A stretch of 64,000 nt of DNA. Source: an uncultured Acidobacteriaceae bacterium. Its GTDB lineage: Bacteria; Acidobacteriota; Terriglobia; Terriglobales; Acidobacteriaceae. Of this stretch, positions 1 to 13,000 are shown piece after piece. Position 1 is the first letter of the stretch; the number at the start of each line of letters is the position of its first letter. A program made the position numbers and the translations under genes. A model generated the notes under the pieces. That model did not search any database, had not been told where the DNA came from, and worked only from the letters and a program-made list of their open reading frames with translations. The DNA lies in the NCBI GenBank assembly GCA_963810515.1, contig CAWENG010000004.1, forward strand, positions 1,162,969 through 1,226,968, in the 5' to 3' direction.

Positions 1-2
1 GC

Positions 3-1013
3 TTGCTGGATACTCTTCGGTGTCTGAGCCCCGCTTGCAGGCATGTATTGAGCAGGACCTCTCTCTTTGCGGCATCGACCGAAACGATCGCAAGACTGGA
101 AAAAGTTCTTTCAATCGAAAAACCAACGGCGATTGTCTTTGTGAATTTCGATCCATTCGTCTATCCGCTTGCCTTGTCTTTGCTGGACAGTCGGCGACCG
201 TACGGGATCATCGCTCATGGTTGCGAAATTGCGCGGCTACAGAAGAACAAGATAAACGATCTCGTTCAGAGGAAGACGCTGCTTGAAGGGGCTTGCTGGA
301 TTGCGGCCAACTCCTGGCATACGAAATCGGTGCTGCTAGAAAATTGGCGGATTCCGCCTGAAAGAATCAAAATTCTTCATCCACCGATATCCGATGAGGC
401 GATAAGGGAATCCGCTGTCTTGGAGCCTGCGTCTAGGAGGGATGGCGCTCTTAGTCTTGTAACAATTTGCAGGCTGGTGAAAGGTAAAGGAATTGACATC
501 GTTTTGCGCGCCCTGAAGATCCTCTCTGCAACAGGGATTCCCTATCGATATGCCATCGCCGGCGATGGCCCCGAGAGAGGTTTTCTCGAGACGCTCGCCG
601 TTGAACTTGGACTCCGTGACAATATCCAGTTCATGGGCGCAGTACATGGGGAGGGGAAATGGCGTCTGCTTCAAAATGCCGATGTCTTTGTTATGCCTTC
701 GCGGTTCGACCCGGCTCTTCCGTGGCGGGAAAGCTTTGGGATTGCATTTGCTGAAGCTGCAGCATTTGGAGTTCCGGCAGCCGGATCGAGGAGCGGTGGC
801 ATCCCCGATGCTGTGATCGACGGCAAAACGGGCCTTCTGGTGCCGGAAGAGTCTCCTAAGGACTTGGCGGATGCGCTGACCTTCTTTTACCGAAAACCGG
901 AATTGAGGAAAGAGATGGGCAGGGCTGCCAGGGAAAGAGCCAGAAGGCAGTTTTCGCCGGAAGCCATTGCAACCCTCTTTCGAGATGGGTTTGCCAGCGC
1001 AGATCACCGATAG
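3..1013 (+). CDS. Glycosyltransferase family 4 (GT-B), 5'-truncated by window edge
   Basis: Motifs RLVKGKGID, ADVFVMPS, ESFGIAFAEAAAFGVP and SGGIPDAVIDGKTG are typical of GT4 (Glycos_transf_1). Confidence 0.92.
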   Translation: MLDTLRCLSPACRHVLSRTSLFAASTETIARLEKVLSIEKPTAIVFVNFDPFVYPLALSLLDSRRPYGIIAHGCEIARLQKNKINDLVQRKTLLEGACWIAANSWHTKSVLLENWRIPPERIKILHPPISDEAIRESAVLEPASRRDGALSLVTICRLVKGKGIDIVLRALKILSATGIPYRYAIAGDGPERGFLETLAVELGLRDNIQFMGAVHGEGKWRLLQNADVFVMPSRFDPALPWRESFGIAFAEAAAFGVPAAGSRSGGIPDAVIDGKTGLLVPEESPKDLADALTFFYRKPELRKEMGRAARERARRQFSPEAIATLFRDGFASADHR

Positions 1014-1377
1014 ATCCACGCGGCGCAGTCCGCGTTATTTATTATCTACGCAACCACATCTCTAAGAGATAAGTTCTACTTTAGCCTAATTCGCGATTTA
1101 ATTAAAACAGCCCTGGATCAATGCACAAGTCTGGTGTCGCAGGGCGAATTGGGATGTTTTGACTTTCTGTCGACCATCCTTGAACGTCTCGCATTTACTT
1201 CTCGATTGCAATCTCAAAAGTAGAGCTAGATTCGAGTTGGAACTCGAATTTCCGTGCCGGTGTGTCGAATCGGAAAGTCTAGAGCAGAGTAAGCGTACGC
1301 GGAGTCCCTCTTGACCGGAGGTAGATTGTGTCATCAAGTGTCCGCTTGTTTTTTAGCGGACACTTGATGAGTGTGTC

Positions 1378-3063
1378 TTAGGCAGCTTGTGAAGCGTAGT
1401 TTTGGAGCGTAGGCGCGAGGTTCCAGGGCAGAAGGTCCTGGATGTGGCTCACCGGATGATCGGCGATGCGAGCCAGCACATTGCGAAGGTAGAGCTCCGG
1501 ATTTAACCCGTTGAGCTTCGCCGAGCCTATGAGGCTGTACATGGCGGCGGCACGTTCTCCGCCGCTGTCGGATCCTACGAATAAGAAGTTCTTTCGACCG
1601 AGCGCGACGGCTCGAAGCGCCCGCTCGGCGGCGCTGTTGTCGATCTCCAACATTCCATCGTCGATATAGCGTGTCAGTGCACGCCAACGCGATAGGGCAT
1701 AGCGGATCGCAGCTGCTGTCTCGCTCTTCGATGACAGACTGCGTTGTGCCTTTTCCATCCACCTTCGCAGTTCGTCGAGCAGTGGCTTGGATCGTGCTTG
1801 CCTGGCGTGCAAACGAAGATCGGCTGGCTTGCCGCGGATCTCATCTTCGATCGCATACAGGGCGCCGATCCTGTTCAGAGCCTCGGTCGTGGTTGGCGAC
1901 TGGTGCACAACATGGATCTCGTGGAACTTGCGCCGTGCATGGGCCCAACAGGCAGCCTCGTAGATGTCTTCTCCATACAGGTGATGAAAGCCCGCGTAGG
2001 CGTCGGCCTGAAGAGCGCCCTTGAAGGTCTTCAGATGCTGGCGGGGATGTTCCCCCTTGCGGTCCGCCGAGTATGCGAACCATACGGCGGGAGGGGTCTG
2101 TTCGCCAGCCGGCCTGTCGTCGCGAACGTATGTCCAGAGACGGCCCGTCTTGGTCTTCCCGTTGCCGGGAGCAAGAACAGGCATCGGTGTATCGTCGGCG
2201 TGCAGCTTGCGACCGCCGAGAACATGCTTCCGGATCGCATCGACCAGCGGAGCCAGTAGATCGCTGCTCGCGCCCACCCATCCGGCCAGCGTGGAGCGGG
2301 AGATCTCCACGCCCTGCCGGGCATAGATCTCAGACTGCCGGTAGAGAGGAAGATGATCGCTGAACTTGGACACGATCACATGCGCCAGCAGGCCAGGTCC
2401 GGCAAGACCGCGCTCGATCGGACGTGAAGGAGCAGGGGCTTCAACGACGCGATCACAGCCTGTGCAAGCGAACTTCGGCCGCACGTGGCGGACGACCTTG
2501 AAGCTGTCGGGGATGTACTCGAGCTGTTCAGAGATATCTTCACCAAACTGCCGCAACTGGCCGCCGCAATCGGCACAGCAATCGCCGCTCGGTGCATGCC
2601 TGACCACTTCGCGCTGAAGATGCTCCGGTAGAGGCTTGCGCTCAGGTCGCGCCTTCGGCTCTTTAGTCGGAGACACTCGTTCAGCTCCGGCTTCAAGCTC
2701 GGCATGTGTCGTCTCGTCATCTTCAAGCTCCAGTTCCATCTGCTCCAGCTTGATGACGATCTTCTCGCTCCTGGTACCGAAGATCACATGCCGCAGCTTG
2801 TCTACCATAAGCTTCAGATGTTCGATTCGCTCGCTGCGGGAGCGCAACTCATCAGCCTGTTCGGAGAGTGTCTGTCGATGAGAATCGAGTTCGGCTTCGA
2901 GCCGGCGAACTTCAGCATCCCGATCTGCGATGAGGGAATCGAGCTTCTCCTGTTGCGCAATGAAAAGGGCCAGCAACGCATCACGATCAAGGCTGTTCAG
3001 ATCGGAGACAGGAGCGCGATCCATGGACAAAGTATGCCACGGATCAAGCAGGAAATCATCCAC
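1378..3063 (-). CDS. tnpC: IS66 DDE transposase TnpC (start may be the ATG near 3024)
   Basis: Coiled coil, CxxC zinc finger, HLPLYRQ, LHADDTP, CWAHARRKF, IDNSAAERALR and LLPWN motifs. Confidence 0.95.
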   Translation of the reverse strand: MDDFLLDPWHTLSMDRAPVSDLNSLDRDALLALFIAQQEKLDSLIADRDAEVRRLEAELDSHRQTLSEQADELRSRSERIEHLKLMVDKLRHVIFGTRSEKIVIKLEQMELELEDDETTHAELEAGAERVSPTKEPKARPERKPLPEHLQREVVRHAPSGDCCADCGGQLRQFGEDISEQLEYIPDSFKVVRHVRPKFACTGCDRVVEAPAPSRPIERGLAGPGLLAHVIVSKFSDHLPLYRQSEIYARQGVEISRSTLAGWVGASSDLLAPLVDAIRKHVLGGRKLHADDTPMPVLAPGNGKTKTGRLWTYVRDDRPAGEQTPPAVWFAYSADRKGEHPRQHLKTFKGALQADAYAGFHHLYGEDIYEAACWAHARRKFHEIHVVHQSPTTTEALNRIGALYAIEDEIRGKPADLRLHARQARSKPLLDELRRWMEKAQRSLSSKSETAAAIRYALSRWRALTRYIDDGMLEIDNSAAERALRAVALGRKNFLFVGSDSGGERAAAMYSLIGSAKLNGLNPELYLRNVLARIADHPVSHIQDLLPWNLAPTLQNYASQAA

Positions 3064-3099
3064 AAAAGGTGCATGAATACAGGAGAATCAGCTTCGTCA

Positions 3100-3447
3100 T
3101 CAGACGGCAACTTCCGGCTGCCATGTTCTCTCAACTCTCCGCCAATCGATGCCTTCCAGAAGCATGGAAAGCTGCGCACGGCTGAGCAGAACTGTTCCGC
3201 TCTCAGCCTTGGGCCAGATGAATCGTCCCCGCTCCAGTCGCTTCGCGAACAAGCACAGACCATCGCCGTCCCACCACAAAAGTTTTACGATATCGCCTCT
3301 GCGCCCGCGAAACAGGAACACATGCCCGGAGAAGGGCTGCTGCTGAAGCACAGTCTGCACCTGAGCGCTGAGACCATCGAAGCCGCGCCGCATGTCGGTC
3401 ACGCCGGCAGCAATCCAGATCTTCGTTCCAGTGGGTAGTTGGATCAC
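3100..3447 (-). CDS. tnpB: IS66 accessory protein TnpB
   Basis: TDMRRGFDGL...FRGRRGD..KLLWWDGDG..LFAKRLERGRF signature. Confidence 0.95.
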   Translation of the reverse strand: MIQLPTGTKIWIAAGVTDMRRGFDGLSAQVQTVLQQQPFSGHVFLFRGRRGDIVKLLWWDGDGLCLFAKRLERGRFIWPKAESGTVLLSRAQLSMLLEGIDWRRVERTWQPEVAV

Positions 3448-3833
3448 TTGCGCAGACTCTCAAGGATCGTTCGAATCAGAGCAGGATCAGCACCACTCTC
3501 GACGCTGATCATCGCCGGTCCGGGAAGCTCGATATGGATCGAGCCCGAACTGCCCGCCTCCACATGGAGCGGTTGTCCGGCAGCTTCGATCCCAGGCTCG
3601 CTAATACTTGAGACTGTCACTGGCAGCAGCGCCGAGCAGGTCTCGATCAGTTCGCCGCGTTCAAACGCACGCCGCCACTTGAACACCTGGTTGGCGTTCA
3701 AGCCGTGCGCCCGCGCTACCTCGGCCACACTCGCACCAGGCTCCAGCGTCAACTGAACGATCTGACGCTTCTCCGATACCGATCGCCATCTGCGAACACG
3801 ACGCCCTGAACTCGAATCCTCTGGGTGAACCAT
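3444..3833 (-). CDS. tnpA: IS66 HTH protein TnpA
   Basis: SVAEVARAHGLNANQVFKWRR HTH; overlaps the tnpB start by 4 bp. Confidence 0.9.
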   Translation of the reverse strand: MVHPEDSSSGRRVRRWRSVSEKRQIVQLTLEPGASVAEVARAHGLNANQVFKWRRAFERGELIETCSALLPVTVSSISEPGIEAAGQPLHVEAGSSGSIHIELPGPAMISVESGADPALIRTILESLRK

Positions 3834-4085
3834 GTGGCAATGTTCTGCCCTGGACCGCGCCTAGGAAAGAGGGGAACGCTGGACGCTTACAGAGCAGATT
3901 CGAGACTTGCAATAGAAATCCGATCGAGCAGAAGTGTAACAAGCTTTTGCCAACCGAAATGTTCTAAGTTATCCGTGCTGGGTCGACCGCGTATCTCACT
4001 TTAGTACCGAGGAAGTCCAGTAATCGCTGCTTGAGAGAAACAAAGCAGAGCGCTATAATGCCTATAAATAATCAAGAGGTGAGTT

Positions 4086-7000
4086 TTGGAAGCTCAAGTT
4101 TCTAAGGGCACGAGGAATTCGTCCCTGGAAGAGTCTGCGTCGGAGAATGGCTTTGTTTTCAGCAGTATGAGTCGCGCTGCTCTTTCCGTGCCTCTATTTG
4201 TCGCCTTGCTAACGCTGTGTGTTTACGTTTCGCCAGTCGCGGCACAATCCGCGTACTTTTCGGGAGTCACGACAACACTTTCCGCCAGTTTCGTTCATCC
4301 GACGGACGTTGCCGTCGATAGCAGCGGGAACGTCTACGTCTCCGATCGGACCGCGGGCACGGTAAGCGAGATTCCGGCAGGCGGTGGCGGTGTCAGCACT
4401 CTGGCAACTGGCCTTAACGATCCCTTCGGAGTGGCAGTAGATGGCAGCGGAAATATCTACGTTGCAAATTATGCTCACGGTGCAGCAGGTGCTGGCACGG
4501 TCCAAGAGATTCCGGGGGCCGGTGGCAGTCTTATCACGCTTGCCAGCGGCTATAACGCGCCCGACGGTGTAGCTGTGGACAGTAGTGGCAATGTTTACTT
4601 CGCAGATTATGGCGACAGCAATGTTTACGAGATTCCTGCGGGCGGTGGCAGTATCACGGCGTTGGGCGGCGGATTCAACGGACCCGAAGGTCTGGCGGTG
4701 GACCGGAGCGGGAATATATATATTGCCGACGTGGGCAATGGCGCCGTGAAGGTGATGGATAACACATGTAGCAGTTCGGACTGCGTCACCACGCTGGCGA
4801 GTGGATTCAGCGCGCCTGAAGGCGTAGCAGTCGACAGAAGCGGAAACGTTTACTTCTCGGCCGCCGGCACGAACTCATTGCAGGAGATCGTCGCAGTCGG
4901 CGGTACCATCCCTGCCTCGCCCGCGATCATCACGCTCGGCAGCGGTTTCAACCATCCGATTGGTCTTGCGGTTGACTATACAGGCGATGTCTTTGTCGCG
5001 AATTATGGCGCGGCTTCTGTCCTGAAGATTATGACCGCTGGCATCAACCTCGGCACAGCGGCCGTTGCTACCTCAACGCCTCTATCGCAAACGCTGCCAT
5101 TCAATGTCACCACTGCCGGCACCATGAGCGGACCGGCCGTATTGACCAACGGCGCGGCCAGTTCAGATTTCTCTTTGGGAAGTACAACGTGCTCCGGATC
5201 TGTTTCTGTGGGCACATGCACGGTCACCGTCAACTTCACGCCCACTGTCTCGGGAACGCGCACCGGCGCAGTCGAACTGCTGAACAGTGCAGGCACGGCA
5301 ACCGTTGCCACGGCATACCTCGTCGGGTCGGGCACAGGTCCGCAGATCGCCTTTGGTCCGGGCGTGCCGGTCAATCTAGCCACGAACACCCACTTTGGAA
5401 GTCCACAAGGCGTGGCCGTGGATGGCAGCGGCAATGTCTATGTCGCCGATTCCGGAGCCCCCGGAGTGTATAAGATTCCGCCAGGGTCCACTACGGCCAC
5501 GCCACTCGGCTCGGGGTTCGCCAGTCCCACAGGAGTAGCGGTTGATGGGAATGGCGACCTTTTTGTGGCCGATCCAGACGGCACCACGGGAAATAAGGTC
5601 ACTGAGATTCTGGCCGTGAATGGCAGTATCCCGGGCACGCCGACGATCGTCCCGCTGGGCGCTAGCTTCGATTTTTCGGCTCCGTCGGGCGCGGCGGTCG
5701 ACAGCGCCGGCAACGTCTATGTTGCCGACCCCGGTACCAATAGTGTCTACGAAATTCTGGCGGCTAGTGGATACAGTGTGGTCACAGTCCTGAGCAGCAG
5801 CTTTAACGGCCCTAGAAGCGTGGCTGTTGACGGCAGCGGGAACGTTTACGTCGCGGATTCAGGCAACAACGCAGTAAAGGAAATCGTTGCCGTCAATGGC
5901 CAGGCCACGGCTTCCTCGGCGGTTAATCCGCTGGGCGGCGGTTTCACTTTCGATTCCCCCAACACCGTGGCGGTCGATGGCAATGGAAACGTCTACGTTG
6001 GCGACAAGGCTGCCATATATGAGATTCCAGCCGGGACCAACGAGGTCAACACACTGGCCGGCGGACTTTCCACCGCTTCCGGCGTCGCGGTGGACGCGAA
6101 CGGCAACGTCTACTACAGTACCGGGGCCACGCAAGTGGTCGAACTAGCTCTCGCCACGGCGCCCACTCTCAACTTTCCGCAGACCAGCGTTGGCGGGACC
6201 AGCGCTACCCAGTCGCTAACCCTCGAGAACAACGGCAACGAGCAGTTAACTTTCACCGGGCTCGCCTTCCCCAGCGATTACATTCAGGTGGCTGGAACCG
6301 GAACTCCGGCAGATTGCTCGTCAACCACCGCTCTGGCGCAGAACGCAGTTTGTAATCTGGGAATTGCTTTTAAGCCGACAACGACCCCAATACCCGCAAC
6401 AGAAACCATAGGGCTCACTGCCAACTCCCTGAATGGCGCGCCCGCAACGCAGTCCATCACACTGAATGGCACGGCAGTTTCCGGTCCTACTGCAAATATT
6501 CAGATCAGTTCCGAAACATTGGTATACGGTTCCCTGGCTTCTTTCACGCCAGTGACAGGCGCAAACGGTACCAGCCCATACTCCTATAGTGTCTTGCCGG
6601 CTCTGCCAACGGGCCTGACCATGTCTTCGAGTTCTGGCGCGATCTCTGGGACACCAATGGTGACCAGCGCCACGACCAGCTATACGGTGACGGTAACCGA
6701 CTCCAGCAACGCTACTGCCACAGCGAGTTTCAGCCTGACGGTGGCTGCAGCTCCGCTGACGATCACGGCGAGCAGCGGGTCATTCACCTATGGGGGTACG
6801 GTTCCGGCGATCATGGCGAGCTACAGCGGATTCGTGAACGGGGACACCTCGACCAGTCTGACCACGCAGCCCACTTGCACGACCACTGCGACGAGTTCCA
6901 GCCCGGCCAGTCCGCCCACTTACTCCAGCAGTTGCTCGGGAGCGGCAGATCCGAACTACACGATCAGCTACGTGAACGGCAGCGTGACGGTGACCGCGCG

Positions 7001-10000
7001 GTCGCTGACCATCACGGCCAGCAGCGGCTCATTCACCTATGGAGGAACGGTTCCGGCGATCGCGGCGAGCTACAGCGGATTTGTGAACGGGGACACATCG
7101 GCCAGTCTGACCACGCAGCCCACTTGCACGACCACTGCGACGAGTTCCAGCCCGGCTAGTCCGCCCACTTACCCCAGCAGTTGCTCGGGAGCGGCAGATT
7201 CGAACTACACGATCAGCTACGTGAACGGCAGCGTGACGGTGACCGCGCGGTCGCTGACCATCACGGCGAGCAGCGGGTCATTCACCTATGGAGGGACGGT
7301 TCCGGCGATCACGGCGAGCTACAGCGGATTCGTGAACGGGGACACTTCGACCAGTCTGACCACGCAGCCCACTTGCACGACCACTGCGACCAGTACCAGC
7401 CCGGTCAGCCCGCCAACCTATCCCAGCAGTTGCTCGGGAGCGGCGGATCAAAACTACACGATCGGCTACGTAAACGGCAGCGTGACGATAAATGCGGCTC
7501 CGGTGACGGCGACGGCGGGCAGTTACAGCGGCGTATACAATGGGTCGGCGCAGTCGCCAACGGCATGCGTGTTGACGGGGCCCTACACCACCGGCCTGAA
7601 CTGCACGGACAATCCGTCATCGGTGGGTCCCGGGGTGGACTCGGGAACGGTGATGCCGGCAGTGAGCGGCGTCAACAGCAACTTCGCCATCACTACTGTC
7701 AATGGCTCGTGGAGCATAACGCAGGCCAGTTCGGCGGTGACGATTTCCTTCGCAGGCGCCACGAACAACGGCGGCGGGAGCTACAGTGCCATCTATAGCG
7801 GCAGTCCGTTCACACCCTCGGCAACGGTGAACGGCGTCGGCACAGGCATTACGCAGACTGTGACGTGGAGCGGAACCTGCACCACAGTGACGGAGACGAT
7901 GGTTCCTGGTTGCACGGCCATGGCAAGCTATGCGGGAGACGCCAACCATACGGGCAGCAGCGGTTCCGCGACTCTCGCCATCAGTCAGGCGACACCGCTG
8001 GTGACGATGTGGCCGACGGCCAGCGCGATCACGTACGGCCAGACGCTGGGCGCCTCGATACTGAGCGGAGGCACGGCATCGGTGTTGGGCAGCTTCGCGT
8101 GGACGGCGCCGGGTGCGGTGCCGCTCGCGGGCACAGATTCTGAGAGTGTGACGTTTGTTCCCTCCGACCCGACGGACTACAGCAGCGTGACGGGCACGGT
8201 GAACGTGACCGTCAATCCGGCGAGCTACATCGTAACGGTGAGCACGGACGATGCGGGGACGGCATCGAACTGCACGCCGCAGAGCACGCCGGGGCACGGC
8301 ACGGATGCATCGTGCAGCCTGCGCGATGCTTTGCTGGAAGCGGCGGCGACGGGAGGCGGCAACATCGGCTTCGACGCCACCGCGTTCAGCGCAGCGACCA
8401 CGATCGAGCTCAGCAACGGCGCCTTGAGTCTTCCTTCGGCGACCACGATCGCCGGGGCCACAACGGGCAGCGGAGCCACGCTGGCCAACCTGGTGACGGT
8501 GGACGGCCAGGGAGCCTCGACGGTGTTTACGGTGGTCTCGGGAGTGACGGGGGCGTCGCTCGCCAACCTGACCATCCAGCACGGCAGCAGCACCGTATCC
8601 GGCGGCGGCATCGAGAACGCTGGCACGCTCACGCTGAGCGGCGACAGCATTATCGGCAATACAGCGTCCGGCACCGGCGCCGGGGGCGGCATTTACAACA
8701 GCGGCACACTGGCGGTGAGCGGCAGCACGATCTCCGGGAATACGGCTGGGGGCAACGGCGGCGGCATCGTCAACAGCGGGACGCTGACGCTGGTTGACGA
8801 CACCATCTCCGGCAATAGCGCTTCCGGCTCGGGCGGCGGCATCTACACGAGCGCCACGCTGGTTGTGTCCGACAGCACACTGTCGGGGAACACGGCTGGG
8901 ACGGCTTCGGGCGGCGGCGGCATCGACAACGCCGGGTCTGGAAGCGCAGCGCTGGCCAACGCGATCCTGTCCGGCAACAGTTCCAACAGCACAGTCGACG
9001 ATTTCGACGGCGCCGCGTACACCGATAACAGCGGCAACGTGGTGGGCGTGGCCAACGGCGCGACGGTGAACGGCAGCGCCATCGCTCTTGCTCCGCTGGG
9101 CAGCTACGGCGGACCGGCGCAGACCATGATTCCGCTTCCCGGCAGCGCGGCCATCTGTGCGGGGCTGGCGAGCGCCATTCCCTCGGGCGTGACGACGGAT
9201 GAGCGCGGCCTGCCCAACAGCAACGCAAGTTATCCCGGCTACCCGGCGTGCGTGGATGCCGGCGCAGTGCAAACGAACTACGCGCTGATCTTCACTACGC
9301 AGCCGGCAGGCGCGGCAGTGAATGCCGACTTCGCGGCGGGAGTGACGCTCAATGAAAGCGGCAGTCCGTTCCCGCCTGCGGTGACGATTCCGCTGACGCT
9401 TACCGGCAACGGAACGTTGAGCGGCGGAACGGCGGCGACGTCAAGCGGAGTGGCCAGTTACACGCTCCAGGTGAGCGCAGCAGGATCCAGCGACGCGTTG
9501 ACCGCCAACCTCACGCTGAACGGCGGGCCGACTCCGGCGGTGGCCATATCGGCGGCCAGCAACAGCTTTGCTATCGGCCAGGCGACGCCGACGGTGGGTT
9601 TGTCTGTTTCCCCGGCTTCGGTCACCTACGGCACGCAGGTGACATTTACAGCGACCGTGCCCACGGCAGCCACGGGAACGGTGACGTTCTACAACAACGG
9701 AAGCAGCGCGCTGGGCACGGGGACGGTGAGCGGCGGAGTGGCCACCTTCTCCAGTTCGACGCTGACGGTGGGGTCGTATTCGATCACCGCCAGTTACTCG
9801 GGCGACAGCAACTACAATGCAGCAACATCCAGCGCACAGTCGCTGACGGTGAACCAGGCGACGGCGACGATCAGCATCAGCGATCTTCCCGCCAGCGGAG
9901 TGTACGGAGGCAGCTTTACGGCCAGCTACAGCTACTCGGGCAATGGCTCGCCGACGGAGTCGGTGACCTCGAACTCGCCGGGTGTGTGCACGGTGTCGGG

Positions 10001-13000
10001 CAATTTGGTGAGCTATGTGGGCGTTGGGACATGCTCGCTGACGGCGAGTGCGACGGCGACCACGGACTACACGGCGGTCACGGGCAGCACGCAGGCGTTT
10101 CCTGTGACTGCGGCGGCGTTGACGATCACGGCGAGCAGCGGGTCATTCACCTATGGAGGGACGGTTCCGGCGATCACGGCGAGCTACAGCGGATTCGTGA
10201 ACGGGGACACTTCGGCCAAGCTGACGACGCAGCCGGCGTGCTCGACGACGGCGAGCAGCGGCAGTCCGGTTTCTGGAAGCCCGTATCCGAGCAGCTGCAC
10301 GGGGGCGGCGGACCCCAACTACACGATCGGCTACGTGAGCGGCAGCGTGACGGAGAATGCGGCTCCGCTGACGATCACGGCGAGCAGCGGGTCATTCACC
10401 TATGGAGGAACGGTTCCGGCGATCACGGCGAGCTACAGCGGATTCGTGAACGGGGACACCTCGGCCAAGTTGACCACGCAGCCGGCCTGCTCGACGACGG
10501 CGAGCAGCGGGCAGTCCGGTTTCTGGAAGCCCGTATCCGAGCAGCTGCTCGGGGGCGGCGGACTCCAACTACACGATCGGCTACGTGAGCGGCAGCGTGA
10601 CGGAGAATGCGGCGGGGTTGACGATCACGGCCAGCAGCGGGTCGAACGTTTACGGTAGCGCACCCGCCACGCCCACGGCCAGCTACAGCGGGTTCGTGAA
10701 TGGTCAGAGCACCAGCAGCCTGAGCAGCCAGCCGACGTGCACGACCACGGTGACGGCGACGACAGCTGCGGGAACCTACCCGGGGCCAACACCTGCTCGG
10801 GGGCGGCGGACGCCAACTACGCGATCGGCTATGTGGCCGGTACGCAGACGGTGCAGGCGGCGACGCCAATCGTGACGATGTGGCCGACGGCCAGCGCGAT
10901 CACGTACGGCCAGACGCTGGGCGCCTCGATACTGAGCGGAGGCACGGCATCGGTGTTGGGCAGCTTCGCGTGGACGGCGCCGGGTGCGGTGCCGCTCGCG
11001 GGCACAGATTCTGAGAGCGTGACGTTTGTTCCCTCCGACCCGACGGACTACAGCGGCGTGACGGGCACGGTGAACGTGACCGTCAATCCGGCGAGCTACA
11101 TCGTGACGGTGAGCACGGACGATGCGGGGACGGCATCGAACTGCACGCCGCAGAGCACGCCGGGGCACGGCACGGATGCATCGTGCAGCCTGCGCGATGC
11201 TTTGCTGGAAGCGGCGGCGACGGGAGGCGGCAACATCGGCTTCGACGCCACCGCGTTCAGCGCAGCGACCACGATCGAGCTCAGCAACGGCGCCTTGAGT
11301 CTTCCTTCGGCGACCACGATCGCAGGGGCCACAACGGGCAGCGGAGCCACGCTGGCCGACCTGGTGACGGTGGACGGCCAGGGAGCCTCGACGGTGTTTA
11401 CGGTGGTCTCGGGAGTGACGGGGGCGTCGCTCGCCAACCTGACCATCCAGCACGGCAGCAGCACCGTATCCGGCGGCGGCATCGAGAACGCTGGCACGCT
11501 CACGCTGAGCGGCGACAGCATTATCGGCAATACAGCGTCCGGCACCGGCGCCGGGGGCGGCATTTACAACAGCGGCACACTGGCGGTGAGCGGCAGCACG
11601 ATCTCCGGGAATACGGCTGGGGGCAACGGCGGCGGCATCGTCAACGGCGGGACCTTGACGCTGGTTGACGACACCATCTCCGGCAATAGCGCTTCCGGCT
11701 CGGGCGGCGGCATCTACACGAGCGCCACGCTGGTTGTGTCCGACAGCACACTGTCGGGGAACACGGCTGGGACGGCTTCGGGCGGCGGCGGCATCGACAA
11801 CGCCGGGTCTGGAAGCGCAGCGCTGGCCAACGCGATCCTGTCCGGCAACAGTTCCAACAGCACAGTCGACGATTTCGACGGCGCCGCGTACACCGATAAC
11901 AGCGGCAACGTGGTGGGCGTGGCCAACGGCGCGACGGTGAACGGCAGCGCCATCGCTCTTGCTCCGCTGGGCAGCTACGGCGGACCGGCGCAGACCATGA
12001 TTCCGCTTCCCGGCAGCGCGGCCATCTGCGCGGGGCTGGCGAGCGCCATTCCCTCGGGCGTGACGACGGATGAGCGCGGCCTGCCCAACAGCAACGCAAG
12101 TTATCCCGGCTACCCGGCGTGCGTGGATGCCGGCGCTGTGCAAACCAACTACGCGCTAATCTTCACTACGCAGCCGGCAGGCGCGGCAGTGAATGCCGAC
12201 TTCGCGGCCGCGGTGACGCTCAATGAAAGCGGCAGTCCATTCCCGCCTGCGGTGACGATTCCGCTGACGCTTACCGGCAACGGAACGTTGAGCGGCGGAA
12301 CGGCGGCGACGTCAAGCGGAGTGGCCAGCTACACGCTTGAAGTGAGTGCAGCAGGATCGAGCGACGCGTTGACCGCCAACCTCACGCTGAACGGCGGGCC
12401 GACTCCGGCGGTGGCCATATCGGCGGCCAGCAACAGCTTCGCTATCGGCCAGGCGACGCCGGCCTTCACCAGTCTAACGGTCTCCCAGATAGTCACCTAC
12501 GGGACGAGCTCGATCGCTCTTTCGGGCGTCATTTCGGCGGGGTCAGACTATCCTCCCTCTGGCGAGACGGTATCGATCACCATCGGTAGCACGACGGTGA
12601 CACCTTCGATCGGGGCCAACGGGGTCTTCAGCGCCACCTTCGACACGCATGCGATCCCGGCGTCTTCGACTGCATACACAATCACGTACAGTTATGGGGG
12701 CGACGCGAACTTCAAAAGCGCGGCGGATACGAACACCACGCTCACCGTGAAACAGGCCGCGCTGACGGTAACGGCGTCAAGCTCCACGGTGACCTATGGC
12801 GCCGCGGTGCCGATGATCACGCCGACCTATAGCGGGTTCGTGAATGGGCAGACCAGCTCGGTGCTGACCACCCAGCCGACCTGCACAACAACCTACACGA
12901 CCACGAGCGACGCGGGAACCGCGCCGACCACAAGCTGCTCGGGCGCTGCGGCGACCAACTATAGCTTTACGTATGTCTCGGGCACGGTAACGGTCAACCA

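Larger units (their letters stand above)
1289..3890 (-). mobile_element. IS66-family insertion sequence, apparently intact (2602 bp)
   Basis: Ends GTAAGCGTACGCGGAGTCCCTCTT (from 1289) and reverse complement GTAAGCGTCCAGCGTTCCCCTCTT (ending 3890) match at 17/24. Flanked by the 8-bp direct repeat AGAGCAGA at 1281-1288 and 3891-3898. Contains tnpA-tnpB-tnpC. Confidence 0.96.

Noticed and set aside
10500-10790. Programmed frameshifting or phase variation in the adhesin
   Set aside because: The G runs are only 3-4 nt, the two indels compensate, and similar indels occur elsewhere, so sequencing error is simpler.
7617-12143. Long antisense ORFs 7617-9272 and 10776-12143 (also 18566-20020, 20791-21657, 37541-38506, 54145-55467)
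   Set aside because: These are shadows of GC-rich or repetitive sense genes and carry no recognisable motifs.
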